A program made the translations under genes and the position numbers. A DNA stretch of 64,000 nt, taken from an uncultured delta proteobacterium. GTDB lineage: Bacteria; Desulfobacterota; Binatia; HRBIN30; BPIQ01. Of this stretch, positions 1 to 9,880 are shown in pieces (within the stretch, counting starts at the first letter, position 1; each line of letters begins with the position of its first letter). Under the pieces are notes generated by a model, which searched no databases, was not told the DNA's origin, and worked only from the letters and a program-made list of their open reading frames with translations. The stretch is from NCBI GenBank assembly GCA_963761335.1, contig CAVXGR010000012.1, forward strand, positions 512,001-576,000, given 5' to 3'.

Positions 1-566
1 TCCGATGCACCGATCTCGACGTAGCGAGCGTGCGCGCGGCGGAGCTCTTTGGCCTCTGCGTCGTGGTCGCCTCGCAAGGCCGCCAGACGGGCGTGCTCCT
101 CGATGATCTGCGGCTCGAGCGTATGCCCCCCGGTCTCGTGTACCAGGGCGAGCGCGCGGGTGAGACAAGCCTGGATCTCTCCGGCGGCACGGGCGCCCGG
201 ATCGGCGTGAAGTGCCCGCGCGAGAGCGAGCTGACCCATGCATTGGAAATAGAGTGCACCCTGTTTCTGTGCGCAGGCAATCGCTTCTTCAGCCGTGGTC
301 CGGGCTCGCTGTGCCTCACCTCGACCTAGATACGCGCGCGAGAGGTCGGCAAGCATCGAGGCCTCGGCGTCCAGGTTGTTCCGCCTCGCACGCGCCGTTG
401 CCAAAGACCATTCGAGAGCGCCCGCGGCCTCGGACCAGTCCCCGTGGAGCACGTGTGCCAGGCCGAGCCCGCGGCGTGCCATGATGCGCAAGAGGTTGCT
501 GCCGTGCTGCTCGGCGATTTGTTCGGGGACCTCGCGGGCCCGTTGGAGCTTGTCGACAAAACTCAT
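1..566 (-). pseudogene. Internally deleted STAND cyclase-TPR gene: N-terminal ~15 codons joined directly to a C-terminal TPR-like region; runs off the left edge
   Basis: ATG at 566 reads MSFVDKLQRAREVPEQ, as in the gene at 45568 (one mismatch), then Ala-rich helical repeats ending ...ELRRAHARYVEIGASG, typical of the C-termini of this family. No cyclase or P-loop motif in between. Confidence 0.65.
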
Positions 567-657
567 CGGGGCTCTTCTTGGCGCCACGTTTCCAGTACAG
601 GGTTTTCGCGGCAGGCATCCTTGCCCGAAACCGCGCCCGAAAGCGAACGGTGAAGCC
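519..657 (-). repeat. Copy 1 of a dispersed inverted repeat (upstream region plus first codons) shared with 45405-45615
   Basis: Reverse complement of 601-657 matches 45405-45461; reverse complement of 519-593 matches 45541-45615, near-identical. Confidence 0.9.
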
Positions 658-712
658 TCTCGTGCCCGTGGTACATCAAGGCGGCGATCGACGTGATGCT
701 GTCCCGCGGCGT

Positions 713-1159
713 CTACGCCGGAGTCCCCAGACTCACCTGCACGACGGGTGCACGGACTAATGGAGAAATGATCCCCAGCTTCGGAAAGTAGCTCCGGTAG
801 CGCGCCGCGTCCCGGGTCAGCAGCTTCATGCCCGAAACGCTGGCGTGCGCGCCGATGTAGAAGTCCGGCAACGGCGATGACCGGATTCCGCCTCGCCTGC
901 GGTAGGTCAGAAAGCACTTGCCGGCAAGGAACGCGGCTTCCCACGGGAGTGCCAAGCGGTGAAAGGTCCGCGGCGGGAGCGCGGCTTCGATCTCCTCGAT
1001 CCGCACGAATCCGATCGATACCTCTGCATAGATGATCGGGTTGATGGCCAACAGATCCCGGTCACCGTGCTCTGCCAGCGTCTCCATCGACCAAGGAGAC
1101 CAGCGCGGGTCCTCCGTGAGCACGTCGAGGAGAACGTTGCTGTCGACCAGGATCGGCAC
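713..1159 (-). CDS. vapC: VapC-type PIN-domain toxin
   Basis: ILVDSNVLLD start, conserved E (IYAEV) and D (LPDFYIGAHA, LLTRD); start overlaps the antitoxin stop. Confidence 0.92.
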   Translation of the reverse strand: MPILVDSNVLLDVLTEDPRWSPWSMETLAEHGDRDLLAINPIIYAEVSIGFVRIEEIEAALPPRTFHRLALPWEAAFLAGKCFLTYRRRGGIRSSPLPDFYIGAHASVSGMKLLTRDAARYRSYFPKLGIISPLVRAPVVQVSLGTPA

Positions 1160-1395
1160 TACTTCTCGCCGCGCGTGAGCGCGATGATCTGGTCGGTGGT
1201 CAGACCACTGGTCGCCTTGCCTCTGAGATGCTCAACGATGCTACGACCGCGTCGACGCTTGCGGCCGCCCCGCGCCTTTCTGATCCGTACCGCGGTACCT
1301 TCGACCGTGAACTCCACTTCGCTGTTGGGCAGCAGACCCAGCCGTTCCCGGATCTCGACCGGAATGGTGACTTGCCCCTTCGATGTGACGCGCAT
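1159..1395 (-). CDS. vapB: AbrB/MazE/SpoVT-family antitoxin (VapB)
   Basis: MRVTSKGQVTIPVEIRERLGL is the AbrB signature; GGAGG RBS; coupled to the PIN gene. Confidence 0.92.
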   Translation of the reverse strand: MRVTSKGQVTIPVEIRERLGLLPNSEVEFTVEGTAVRIRKARGGRKRRRGRSIVEHLRGKATSGLTTDQIIALTRGEK

Positions 1396-1638
1396 GACAG
1401 CCTCCCAATGGCAATACTTACATGAGTCTTACTATCGCAGGGCGCCTCGATGCGCGTCAAGCTCGGCGCATCGGGCGCGGTGGTCTTGGCGCCGAGGAGC
1501 GCCGTTCGGGACTACCTGCGCCAGCACCCGGAGGCGGCGCATCTCTCGTCGGGCCGTCGCACCATCGCCTGAGGTTGTCGTCTTGCGGACCTGGAGGCAA
1601 TTGCCGGCCCCTCCGCCGCTGTGGCAGATAGCTGCGAG

Positions 1639-2556
1639 ATGAAACTGCCCTTCATCTCCGCCGCGCCGCCGAAGCCCCTGAAGATCGTCGGCCTCGTTCC
1701 GGCGAAGAACGAGGCCAAGCGGATCGCGAGCTGTCTGCGCGTCCTCTGCCTCTTCTGCGACGCCATCGTCTACCTCGATGACAACTCACAGGACGAGTCG
1801 GCCGCCATCGTCCGCTCGCTCGCCGCAGAGTGCCGCATCGAGCGCATCGTCGAGAAGAAGGACGACGAGTTTCACGAGACGATCCGAAGGGCGACGCTGC
1901 TGCAGGCCGGACGCGAGCTGGGGGGAACGCATTTCATCGTCATGGACGCCGACGAGATGCCGACCGCGGCGTGCCGGCGCGGCGGCTTTCTGCGCCGTCG
2001 CGTCTCGTCGCTGCGTCCGGGAGACACCCTGCAGATGGTCTGGCTCCAGCTCTGGCGCTCCCCGATGCAGTACCGCTGCGATCGGTCGATCTGGACGAAC
2101 CAGTATCGGGGCTGCGCCTTCGCGGATGACCGGCGCTGCGCCTACCCCGAGACTTTCATTCATCTGGACCGTATCCCGGCCGGGCTCTCCGGCCGCGGTT
2201 ACCGCATCCGCGGCGACAAGTACGGCGTCATGCACTTCCAGTTTGCCAACTGGCCCAACCTGCTGGTCAAGCAGGCGTGGTACCGCTGCTTGGAGCGCGT
2301 GAATTATCCCCGCAAGCCCGCCGCGGCGATCAACGCGCTCTACGCGCCGAGCAAAGACGAGCGCGGCCTGCGGCTGCGCCCCGCGCCCTCCGCCTGGTTC
2401 GACGGCTATCCCTTCCTCGACCCGCAGTCCCTGGCGCGCCCGGAGCCCTGGCGTGAGCGCCAGGTCCTCGAGTGGTTCGACCGTTATGGCGCGGACTACT
2501 TCCGCGACCTCGATATCTGGGACATCGACTGGGAAACGAGCCGCCGCAGCAAGTAG
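1639..2556 (+). CDS. Glycosyltransferase family 2
   Basis: LVPAKNEA, VYLDDNSQD, DxD motif (MDADE). Confidence 0.85.
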   Translation: MKLPFISAAPPKPLKIVGLVPAKNEAKRIASCLRVLCLFCDAIVYLDDNSQDESAAIVRSLAAECRIERIVEKKDDEFHETIRRATLLQAGRELGGTHFIVMDADEMPTAACRRGGFLRRRVSSLRPGDTLQMVWLQLWRSPMQYRCDRSIWTNQYRGCAFADDRRCAYPETFIHLDRIPAGLSGRGYRIRGDKYGVMHFQFANWPNLLVKQAWYRCLERVNYPRKPAAAINALYAPSKDERGLRLRPAPSAWFDGYPFLDPQSLARPEPWRERQVLEWFDRYGADYFRDLDIWDIDWETSRRSK

Positions 2557-3338
2557 ACGGCAAGGCCGCTCCAGCCGCGCACTTCGACGAGAAGCTGGGT
2601 CGCGAGAAGACCCGCGGACCGCGGCCGCCGCCCAAAATTCGCGGCGCGGCGCTTCTCGAACACGCGCCTTCCAACGAACCAGGCGCGGAGCTGATTCTGG
2701 TGGCGATACGTGGCGTCGTGCGGGCTCAACCCGACGCTGTAGTGGCGGTGCGGAAACAGCAGCGAGCGGGCGTCGACGAGCGCGCCCTCCCGCGTGGCCA
2801 CCTCAGTGAGATCGTCGTCGGCAAATACCGACAGGTAGCCGGGGTAGTAGAGGTAGCCCAGCCGCTCGTAGAGCCCTCGTCCGACGATCGGCAGAGTCAT
2901 GATGCGGCCGTCGATGCCGTCGTCGACCAGCACCGCGACGTCGCGCCGGCCGGCGATGACATCGCGCAGCGCTGTATCCCAATGCTCCGGGCAGCCGAAG
3001 TCGTCGGAGACGACGATCATCACATCGCCGCCGGTCGAGGGCGCGGCCCGGTTCACGGCACCGACGACGGAGCGATTCGCGCCGATCACGACGCCAACCC
3101 CGCGCCGCGCCGCCAGGGAACGGTACTCATCCAGCGCCGGGTCGCCGGCGTCGACGCTCAGCACGTACTCGCATCCGCTCGGATCATCGCACTTCCCCGT
3201 CCACTCGAGGATCGCGGCCTCGGCCATCGTCACCCGCCCCCGCGACGGATGGATGAGACTGAACCGCAACACCTCACCTTCCACGGCCGGCCACCTCGAG
3301 AAAGCTTCCGCGTCCTCCGCTTTGCGCTCTGAATCCAC
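2496..3338 (-). CDS. GT-A fold glycosyltransferase (GT2-like)
   Basis: LIHPSRGR, IVVSDDF, YLSVFADDD, PHRHY motifs; last gene of the minus-strand glycan operon. Start uncertain. Confidence 0.75.
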   Translation of the reverse strand: MDSERKAEDAEAFSRWPAVEGEVLRFSLIHPSRGRVTMAEAAILEWTGKCDDPSGCEYVLSVDAGDPALDEYRSLAARRGVGVVIGANRSVVGAVNRAAPSTGGDVMIVVSDDFGCPEHWDTALRDVIAGRRDVAVLVDDGIDGRIMTLPIVGRGLYERLGYLYYPGYLSVFADDDLTEVATREGALVDARSLLFPHRHYSVGLSPHDATYRHQNQLRAWFVGRRVFEKRRAANFGRRPRSAGLLATQLLVEVRGWSGLAVYLLRRLVSQSMSQISRSRK

Positions 3339-4359
3339 TCTTCCACCGCAGCTCCATGTCGAGTGCGCCGCCGGAGCGCAGCTCGCGAATCCGCCTCAAG
3401 CGCACGTAGCGCCCGCTCTCGAATTCGCGCAGCGCCAACCGATTCGACTTGTACGCGTCGTACAGCTGCTCGATCCCGTCGCGCACCGTCCACTGCGGCC
3501 GGTACGATGGCACTTGCGCCGGCAGCTTGTCGCAGTTGACCCGGTAGCAGCGCGGGTCGGGGCCCCCGCCAGGCGCGTACACGACCTTGCTGCCGGTGAC
3601 GACTTCCTTGACCATGCTTGCCACTTCGCTGACCCGGAAGTTCTCCCCAGTCCTGCCGACGTTGAATGCCTGGTTGTGCACCGCCTCTCGCGGCGCCTGC
3701 AGGACCGCAAGAAAGGCCGCGGCGATGTCATCGACGTGGACCAGCGGACGCCAGGGGCTACCGTCGCTCTTGATCAGGACCTCGCCAGTCAGATACGCGT
3801 GCGCGACCAGATCGTTGACCATCACGTCGGTGCGCAGGCGCGGCGAGACGCCAAAGGCGGTGGCGTTGCGCAAGAACACCGGCGAGAACGAAGCGTCGGC
3901 CAGCTTGCCGAGCTCATGTTCGGCGCGGACTTTGGATGCGGCGTACGGTGTCGCCGGGTTGAACGTCGCCCGCTCGGTGAGCAGTTCGCCGCCGGCGACT
4001 CCATAGAGGCTGCACGACGACGAGAACAAGAAACGAGAGACTCCGGCGTCCTTGGCAGCCCGCGCCAGACCTACGGACGCGTTCAGGTTGATTTCTTCGG
4101 TCAACACCGGATCGAGGCTGCCGAGCGGGTCGTTGGAAAGAGCGGCCAAGTGAACGATGGCATCGACGCCGTCGATGTCGGCAGGGCCGACGTCGCGCAG
4201 ATCCTTGCGCACCGCGGCAACGCCGTTCCGAGCCTCGCCGAAATCGCATCCCTCGAAGAAGAACGTATCGAGGCCGACGACCTCGTAGCCCGCCTCGAGG
4301 AACATCGGGACGAGGACCGAGCCGATGTAGCCGTGATGCCCAGTGACCAGGACCTTCAT
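3274..4359 (-). CDS. NAD-dependent nucleotide-sugar epimerase/dehydratase (extended SDR)
   Basis: MKVLVTGHHGYIG, HLAALSNDP, SSSCSLYG, YAASK. Confidence 0.93.
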   Translation of the reverse strand: MKVLVTGHHGYIGSVLVPMFLEAGYEVVGLDTFFFEGCDFGEARNGVAAVRKDLRDVGPADIDGVDAIVHLAALSNDPLGSLDPVLTEEINLNASVGLARAAKDAGVSRFLFSSSCSLYGVAGGELLTERATFNPATPYAASKVRAEHELGKLADASFSPVFLRNATAFGVSPRLRTDVMVNDLVAHAYLTGEVLIKSDGSPWRPLVHVDDIAAAFLAVLQAPREAVHNQAFNVGRTGENFRVSEVASMVKEVVTGSKVVYAPGGGPDPRCYRVNCDKLPAQVPSYRPQWTVRDGIEQLYDAYKSNRLALREFESGRYVRLRRIRELRSGGALDMELRWKSGFRAQSGGRGSFLEVAGRGR

Positions 4360-4390
4360 CTTGCCGAGCCTGCGGTCGCCCTCCATGCGC

Positions 4391-5044
4391 TCAGCTCACG
4401 ACGATCTTGCGGGCGTGAAACGCCTCGGCGAACGCCGTGTTCGACTCGACGCCGCGCAGGCGCATGAGCGCCTGAAAGGTGTCGGCGGTGAACCACGGCT
4501 TGGCGTGCTGGCTCTTGAAGTGCTCGCAGATGAGCTCGACCTTCCGTGCGGCGAGATCGGCCGGCGCTGGAACGTAGCAGTTTGGTGTCCCGAGATCGCC
4601 ATCCCACTTGGGAATCTCGTACTCGAGGACGACGGCGTCGCGAAAGGTCTGCCAGGTGAGCTCAGCGATCGTGCGGTGATCCTGGTGCCGGTCCTGGCGA
4701 TCGTGGGTGAAGATGAGATCGGGACGGAACGCAGCTTTGATTTCTTCGAACCGCTCCTTGAGACGGGCGCCCGCGAACGGCAAGAAGCCGTCCCGGAAGC
4801 CCTCGATCGCGATCTGCGCCGAGCATGCGCCGTTCAGAAAGGCGCGCGCCGCCTCCTCCGCCTCGGCTCTTCGCTCGCCGCGGTCGGCGCCGAGCACCGC
4901 CCAGTAGAACGTGGCGGCTTCATATTGGCGGACGAGTCGCAGCACGGTGGCGCCGCAACCGATCTCGATGTCGTCGCCGTGCGCCCCGAGGCACAAGACC
5001 GCCAGCGGAGCCCTCGGATCGCGGCGGAAAGCCAGCTCAATCAC
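4391..5044 (-). CDS. PIG-L/LmbE-family deacetylase
   Basis: GAHGDDIEIGCG and HQDH metal motifs; GTGA overlap with the upstream stop. Confidence 0.9.
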   Translation of the reverse strand: MIELAFRRDPRAPLAVLCLGAHGDDIEIGCGATVLRLVRQYEAATFYWAVLGADRGERRAEAEEAARAFLNGACSAQIAIEGFRDGFLPFAGARLKERFEEIKAAFRPDLIFTHDRQDRHQDHRTIAELTWQTFRDAVVLEYEIPKWDGDLGTPNCYVPAPADLAARKVELICEHFKSQHAKPWFTADTFQALMRLRGVESNTAFAEAFHARKIVVS

Positions 5045-5766
5045 GGCTCTCCCCGCTCCTTCCACACCTCCCAAGGAGCTCGGCCGCTGGCGCAGAGCTC
5101 GTCGAGAGCTTGCTTGTCCTTGAAGGTATCCATGTTCTTCCAGAACCCGTCGTACAGATGCGCCTGCAGAGCCCCGCACCGTACCAAACGCTGGAAGGGC
5201 TCACCCACGAGATCCTCACCCTCGCGCAGATAGTCGAAGATCTGCTTGCGGAAGACGAAGTAGCCGCCATTCACGCGCAAATCCACCTCGTCCGCCGGGG
5301 CGATCTCGGTGACCACCCCGTCCGGCCGAGCCTTCACGAAGTGGTAGGTCAGCGACGGCTTCACGCAGAGGAAGAGGCCGATCTTGTCCTCCGCGAATGA
5401 GCCGATGAGCCTGGGGAGCGGGATGTCGGTGAGCCCATCGGCGTAATTGGCCAGAAAGATCTTCTCGCCTTCCAGGCAGCGCTTGGCCGCGTAGAGGCGC
5501 TCGCCGATGCTCGCCTCGATGCCGGTGGCGGTGCAGGTGACCCGCCATCCGTCCGTCTCGGGGCGATGCCGGCGAAAATACGCTTCGATCAATTCTCCCT
5601 TGTGGCCGAGACAGAGAATGAAGTCGGTGTGGCCGTAGTGAGCGTAGTAGCGCATGAGGTGCCACAGGATCGGCCGTCCGCCAATCTCGACGAGCGCCTT
5701 CGGCAGGTCATCGTAGACGCCGCGCAGGCGCATCCCCTGCCCGCCGCAGAACAACACGACCTTCAT
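5041..5766 (-). CDS. rfbF: Glucose-1-phosphate cytidylyltransferase-like sugar nucleotidyltransferase
   Basis: MKVVLFCGGQGMRLR, PKALVEIGGRPILWH, NYADG, NGGYF, FWKNMDT. Confidence 0.88.
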   Translation of the reverse strand: MKVVLFCGGQGMRLRGVYDDLPKALVEIGGRPILWHLMRYYAHYGHTDFILCLGHKGELIEAYFRRHRPETDGWRVTCTATGIEASIGERLYAAKRCLEGEKIFLANYADGLTDIPLPRLIGSFAEDKIGLFLCVKPSLTYHFVKARPDGVVTEIAPADEVDLRVNGGYFVFRKQIFDYLREGEDLVGEPFQRLVRCGALQAHLYDGFWKNMDTFKDKQALDELCASGRAPWEVWKERGEP

Positions 5767-7079
5767 TCGGCGAGCTTCTCCAGTAATCCGTGCGACAGCA
5801 AGGTGTGCGCTGCCCGCCGAACCGTCGCGAAGTCGATCCCGGCGCGTCGGGCAATCTCGAGCAAGCTGTGCCCGCCGTCCGAAAGGTTGAGCACCCAGAG
5901 CACGGCCATTTCGGCTCGCTCCGCCTCCGCCTGCCCCCCGATCGTTCGATACAAGCCGCGCCGGCCGAGCTGCGGCTCGCATTTCGGGCTGGTGCTGGCG
6001 TAGCGCAGGTCGTTCTCGACGACGTCGATAATCGCGAGGTACCGCCGCAGCGATTCCGCCAGATGCGGAGCGGCGACGAAACCGAGATCGTCGGCGGAGG
6101 TGTGGTACTCGGGGAAGCGACCGTGAGGCGTACGCGTGAGACTGCCGACCGGCAGGTCGAATCCGGGCGAGCAGTACTGTCGTTCGTCGTAGCCGTACGG
6201 CGAGAAGTCGCGGATTTCATAGTCGCCGCCACCGTGCCGCAGGACATGCTCCACGGTGCCGTCGATCGTCGCCGAGCCGCGGCGACTGCGTTTGTAACGA
6301 AACTTACCCCCGTCGCCGACGCAAGCGACGACCAGGCCGTGGCGGATGCGCGAGGCGCGCTGTTCGTTGCGGCTGAGCCAGGTGATCGCCCCGACGGTTC
6401 CGGGAACAAAGAGAAAGCGATAGGAGTGCCGCAGCTCGAGGTCGCCAAGAAGCCGCGCCACTTGCGCCGTCAGCGCGATACCCGACAGGTTGTCGTTGCA
6501 CAGCGACGGATGACAGATGTGACACGAGAAGAGAAACTCCTCTTCCGATGCCCCGGGAACCACGTACTCGCCGTAGGTGAGATGGCCGTCGGCGAGCGTC
6601 GAATCGATGCAGACGTCGTAGGCGTCCTCGTTGAGTTGCTGCCGCTTGTCGTGCTCGAGGCAAAATCCCCACCGTTCCTCGTAATAGGACGTGCGGTACG
6701 GGATCCAGCGCGGATGCTCGGGCAACGAGTACAGGTGGGCTTCCAGCTCCGCCCGACTCACCCGGCGCCGGATCGGCGTGCTGTACTGCAATACGTGCAG
6801 ATTCGATCTGCGGAAATCGATGAGGCGTTCGCCCGCAGGATTCGCTACCCAGGCGTCCCTGATGTTCCACTCCTTCGGAACCACCCAGTCGAAGACTCGG
6901 GTGCCGGTCGGCACCTCTTGCCGCGACAGCTCGAGATTGCGGCCGATAATGTCGAGTGTCCGGCGCACGCCGTTGCCGGTGATGCTTCGGCAGATGGGAT
7001 AGAGCTCGGCGATCAGGCCGTACATCTCGCGCCCGGCGGCATCGAAATCGACGCCCGCAATTCTCTCGTCGATTCTCAT
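5763..7079 (-). CDS. DUF4910/DUF2172 aminopeptidase-like polysaccharide biosynthesis protein with C-terminal HTH
   Basis: CRSITGNGVRRTL, DWVVPKEWNI, CHPSLCNDNLSG, DERQYCSPG, EYHTSAD, CEPQLGRRGLY. Confidence 0.9.
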   Translation of the reverse strand: MRIDERIAGVDFDAAGREMYGLIAELYPICRSITGNGVRRTLDIIGRNLELSRQEVPTGTRVFDWVVPKEWNIRDAWVANPAGERLIDFRRSNLHVLQYSTPIRRRVSRAELEAHLYSLPEHPRWIPYRTSYYEERWGFCLEHDKRQQLNEDAYDVCIDSTLADGHLTYGEYVVPGASEEEFLFSCHICHPSLCNDNLSGIALTAQVARLLGDLELRHSYRFLFVPGTVGAITWLSRNEQRASRIRHGLVVACVGDGGKFRYKRSRRGSATIDGTVEHVLRHGGGDYEIRDFSPYGYDERQYCSPGFDLPVGSLTRTPHGRFPEYHTSADDLGFVAAPHLAESLRRYLAIIDVVENDLRYASTSPKCEPQLGRRGLYRTIGGQAEAERAEMAVLWVLNLSDGGHSLLEIARRAGIDFATVRRAAHTLLSHGLLEKLAE

Positions 7080-7633
7080 CGAGGCATCCCTGGCACCCGC
7101 TTGTCTTCCCGGAAATCGGGGAACGAGCGGTCTCGGTCAGAAATCACCGACAGCTCGAGCGGCCACTCGATGCCGAAGGCGGGATCGTTCCAACGGAAGC
7201 CGGCCGCAGCCTCTGCCACATACGGACGTGACATCTGGTAGAACACCTCTGTGTCGTCGGCGAGACTCTGGAAGCCATGGGCGAAACCCTCCGGGACATA
7301 GAGCGCGGCGCGATTGCCGGCAGTGAGCTCGATGGCGAAGTACCGCCTGAACGTCGGTGAGCCGATCCGAAGGTCGACGATGACGTCGTAGATGCCGCCG
7401 GCAGTGCAGCGAACGACCTTGGTCTCGGCGTGTGGCGGCCGCTGCAGATGCAGGCCGCGCACGGTCCCGCGGCGACGATTGAAGGAGACGTCGCATTGCG
7501 CCACTTCCGGGCACAGCCCGTGCGCTTCCATCTCCCGGCCACAGAATGAACGTGCGAAGAAGCCGCGCTCGTCCTCGATCGGCTCCATGGCGATCACGAA
7601 CGCTCCTGCCAGCGACGTTTCTTCGAAGATCAC
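7076..7633 (-). CDS. rfbC: dTDP-4-dehydrorhamnose 3,5-epimerase (cupin)
   Basis: DERGFFARSF, GTVRGLH, VPEGFAHGFQ, WNDPAFGIEWP; GTGA-coupled start. Confidence 0.92.
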   Translation of the reverse strand: MIFEETSLAGAFVIAMEPIEDERGFFARSFCGREMEAHGLCPEVAQCDVSFNRRRGTVRGLHLQRPPHAETKVVRCTAGGIYDVIVDLRIGSPTFRRYFAIELTAGNRAALYVPEGFAHGFQSLADDTEVFYQMSRPYVAEAAAGFRWNDPAFGIEWPLELSVISDRDRSFPDFREDKRVPGMPR

Positions 7634-8865
7634 TCGACGACCTGTGGCACCGGGATGGGGACGATGAAGCGGCCGCCCCAGCGGCGAACCTGGGCCATCT
7701 GCGCCATGATCTCGTCCTTGAGATTCCACGGCAAGATGAACAGGTAGTCCGGTCTGGTTTCGGCGACCCGGCTCGGTGCATGGATCGGAATCCTCGACCC
7801 CGGGAGGAGCTGGCCATGCTTGTGAGGATTGCGGTCGACCGTGTAGCTGATGAAGTCGGTGCCGATGCCGCAATAGTTCAACAAGGTGTTTCCCTTGCCC
7901 GGCGCGCCGTAGCCCACAATGCTGCGCCCCCGCCGCCTCAGATCGATGAGCAGCTCCAGGATACGGCGCTTCGTCTCCTTCACGCGCTCGGCGAACACCG
8001 CATAGCTCTCGAGCTGGTCGAGGCCGGCGGCGCGCTCGTTCCAACGCAGCCCGGCTACCGCCGGTCCGTCAAGCTTGGAGGAATCCGCCGCGTGGCAGAA
8101 GTAGAGACGCAGCGATCCCCCGTGTGTCGGCAGCTCATCGACGTCGAAGCAGCGCAGCGCGTGGGTGGAGAACAGCCGCTCCGCGGCGAGGAAGGAAAAG
8201 TAGGAGTAGTGCTCGTGGTAGATCGTATCGAACTGGTTCCCCCGCATCAGCTGCAGCAGGTGCGGGACTTCGACGGTCACCACGCCGGCCGGGGCGAGAA
8301 GCACCTTGATGCCGCCGACGAAGTCGTGGAGCGTCGGGACCTGGGCGAGGACATTGTTGACGACGATGAGGTCGGCCTGCTGGCGCGTCGCCGCCCGACG
8401 CGCGTACTCTTCGTCGAAGAATGCGACCTCCGTCGGCACCATTTGTTGGCGCGCCGCGGCCGCGACGTTGGCAGCCGGTTCGATACCGAGCACGGGGATC
8501 CCGCCGGCGACGAAATGCCGGAGCAGGTAGCCGTCGTTGCTGCCGAGCTCGACCACGAAGCTGCGAGCCGTCAGACCAAAGCGCCGCCGCGCCATGGCGA
8601 CATACCTCCTGGCGTGCTCGACCCACGTGTCGGAGTACGACGAGAAATACGCATACTCCGTGAACACCTCCTGCGGGCTGACGAGCTGCTCGAGCTGGAC
8701 GAGAAGACAGTTGCCACAGACATAGGCATGCAGCGGATAGGCGAGCTCCGGATCATTGCGGCGGGCGAAGCTGACGAAGCTCTCGCACAGGGGAGTCGTC
8801 CCGAGGTCGACGAACGTATGCCGCAGCGGCTCGGCGCAGAGGCGGCACGCCGGCGGCGGGCTCAT
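7630..8865 (-). CDS. NDP-sugar C-methyltransferase (class I SAM, N-terminal zinc site)
   Basis: CRLC...CGNC zinc ligands, ELGSNDG, FDTIYHEH, HGGSLR, GYGAPGKGNTLLN, LPWNL. Confidence 0.92.
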   Translation of the reverse strand: MSPPPACRLCAEPLRHTFVDLGTTPLCESFVSFARRNDPELAYPLHAYVCGNCLLVQLEQLVSPQEVFTEYAYFSSYSDTWVEHARRYVAMARRRFGLTARSFVVELGSNDGYLLRHFVAGGIPVLGIEPAANVAAAARQQMVPTEVAFFDEEYARRAATRQQADLIVVNNVLAQVPTLHDFVGGIKVLLAPAGVVTVEVPHLLQLMRGNQFDTIYHEHYSYFSFLAAERLFSTHALRCFDVDELPTHGGSLRLYFCHAADSSKLDGPAVAGLRWNERAAGLDQLESYAVFAERVKETKRRILELLIDLRRRGRSIVGYGAPGKGNTLLNYCGIGTDFISYTVDRNPHKHGQLLPGSRIPIHAPSRVAETRPDYLFILPWNLKDEIMAQMAQVRRWGGRFIVPIPVPQVVE

Positions 8866-9809
8866 CCGTTGTGGTCCGGCTGTGCCGCAGCCACCCGTTC
8901 CTTGCGCAGGCCGGTGGGGAAATTGCCAACCAGCTCGGCCGCGAGAAGCGGCAGACGCAGGAGCGTCCACTTGAACAGCACGATGACGCAGCGGAGCCTC
9001 TCGTCGGCGGGCAGCGGTACCCGGTGGATCGTGCGAAGGTAGCGTGACAGATGGGTCCAGTGACGCCTCGAGGTCATCCCCGCGTTCCGCGGGTCGTAGA
9101 ACACCGCCAGCTCGGCGTCGTGGCGACAGACATGTTGCGGCCGGGACGGATGGTCGCGCCAATAGAAGAGCGGTTCGTGAACTTCGTGAAGCTCTCCGCG
9201 CAGCGCCAGCTCGGCGATCAGAATGACGTCGGAAGCGGGGTAGGACCCGTGCAGCTGGGTGCGCTTCAAGACCTCATGCCGGATCACACCGAACTGGAGA
9301 TGGCAGTAACCCGAATTCCTGACCACCGCATAAAAGCGTTCATGCGGGTGGGGCGAGGTCGCGTCGGCGGGTTCGCGATAGGTGCCCGTGACCTCGCCGT
9401 GGTCGTCGATGACGTACGATTGCGGATAGGCGAGGATCGCTCTCGGGTTGCGCTCGAGCACCTCGATACAGCGCCGGACGCAGTCCGGTGCGCACACGTC
9501 GTCGTATGCCGCCCACTTGAAGTACGGCGAGTGCGCCAGCTCGGAAACCCGGTTGAAGTTCCAGGCGGCGCCGCGGTTGTCGTTCGACCGATGGTATTGG
9601 ATTCGAGGGTCGCGGCGCACATAGGATTCGCAGATTGCTTCGGTCGCGTCGGTCGAGCCGTTGTCGGAGATGATCAAGACGAAGTCGGTGAATGTCTGGC
9701 CGAGCAGGGAATCGATTGCTTGCGCCAGGTAACGCTCGCCATTATACACCGGCAAACCGATGGAAAGTCGGGGTGACCGAGATGCACCGCAAGGTTCGGG
9801 ACGTTCCAT
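8862..9809 (-). CDS. Glycosyltransferase family 2
   Basis: SIGLPVYNGERYL, ISDNGSTD, WAAYDD. Confidence 0.92.
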   Translation of the reverse strand: MERPEPCGASRSPRLSIGLPVYNGERYLAQAIDSLLGQTFTDFVLIISDNGSTDATEAICESYVRRDPRIQYHRSNDNRGAAWNFNRVSELAHSPYFKWAAYDDVCAPDCVRRCIEVLERNPRAILAYPQSYVIDDHGEVTGTYREPADATSPHPHERFYAVVRNSGYCHLQFGVIRHEVLKRTQLHGSYPASDVILIAELALRGELHEVHEPLFYWRDHPSRPQHVCRHDAELAVFYDPRNAGMTSRRHWTHLSRYLRTIHRVPLPADERLRCVIVLFKWTLLRLPLLAAELVGNFPTGLRKERVAAAQPDHNG

Positions 9810-9880
9810 GACCTGCGGCGTTCGTACCCCGGCCTGAACCAGCCGGTCAAGATGGGAACCGCGAGAGCGCCCGGGATCGC

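Noticed and set aside
1500..1545. RDYLRQHPEAA as a GrpB-family scrap
   Set aside because: Too short to support a call.
2899..9042. Long plus-strand ORFs (522, 483 and 498 aa) and similar antisense ORFs elsewhere
   Set aside because: They are shadows of well-supported opposite-strand genes in high-GC DNA and carry no motifs.
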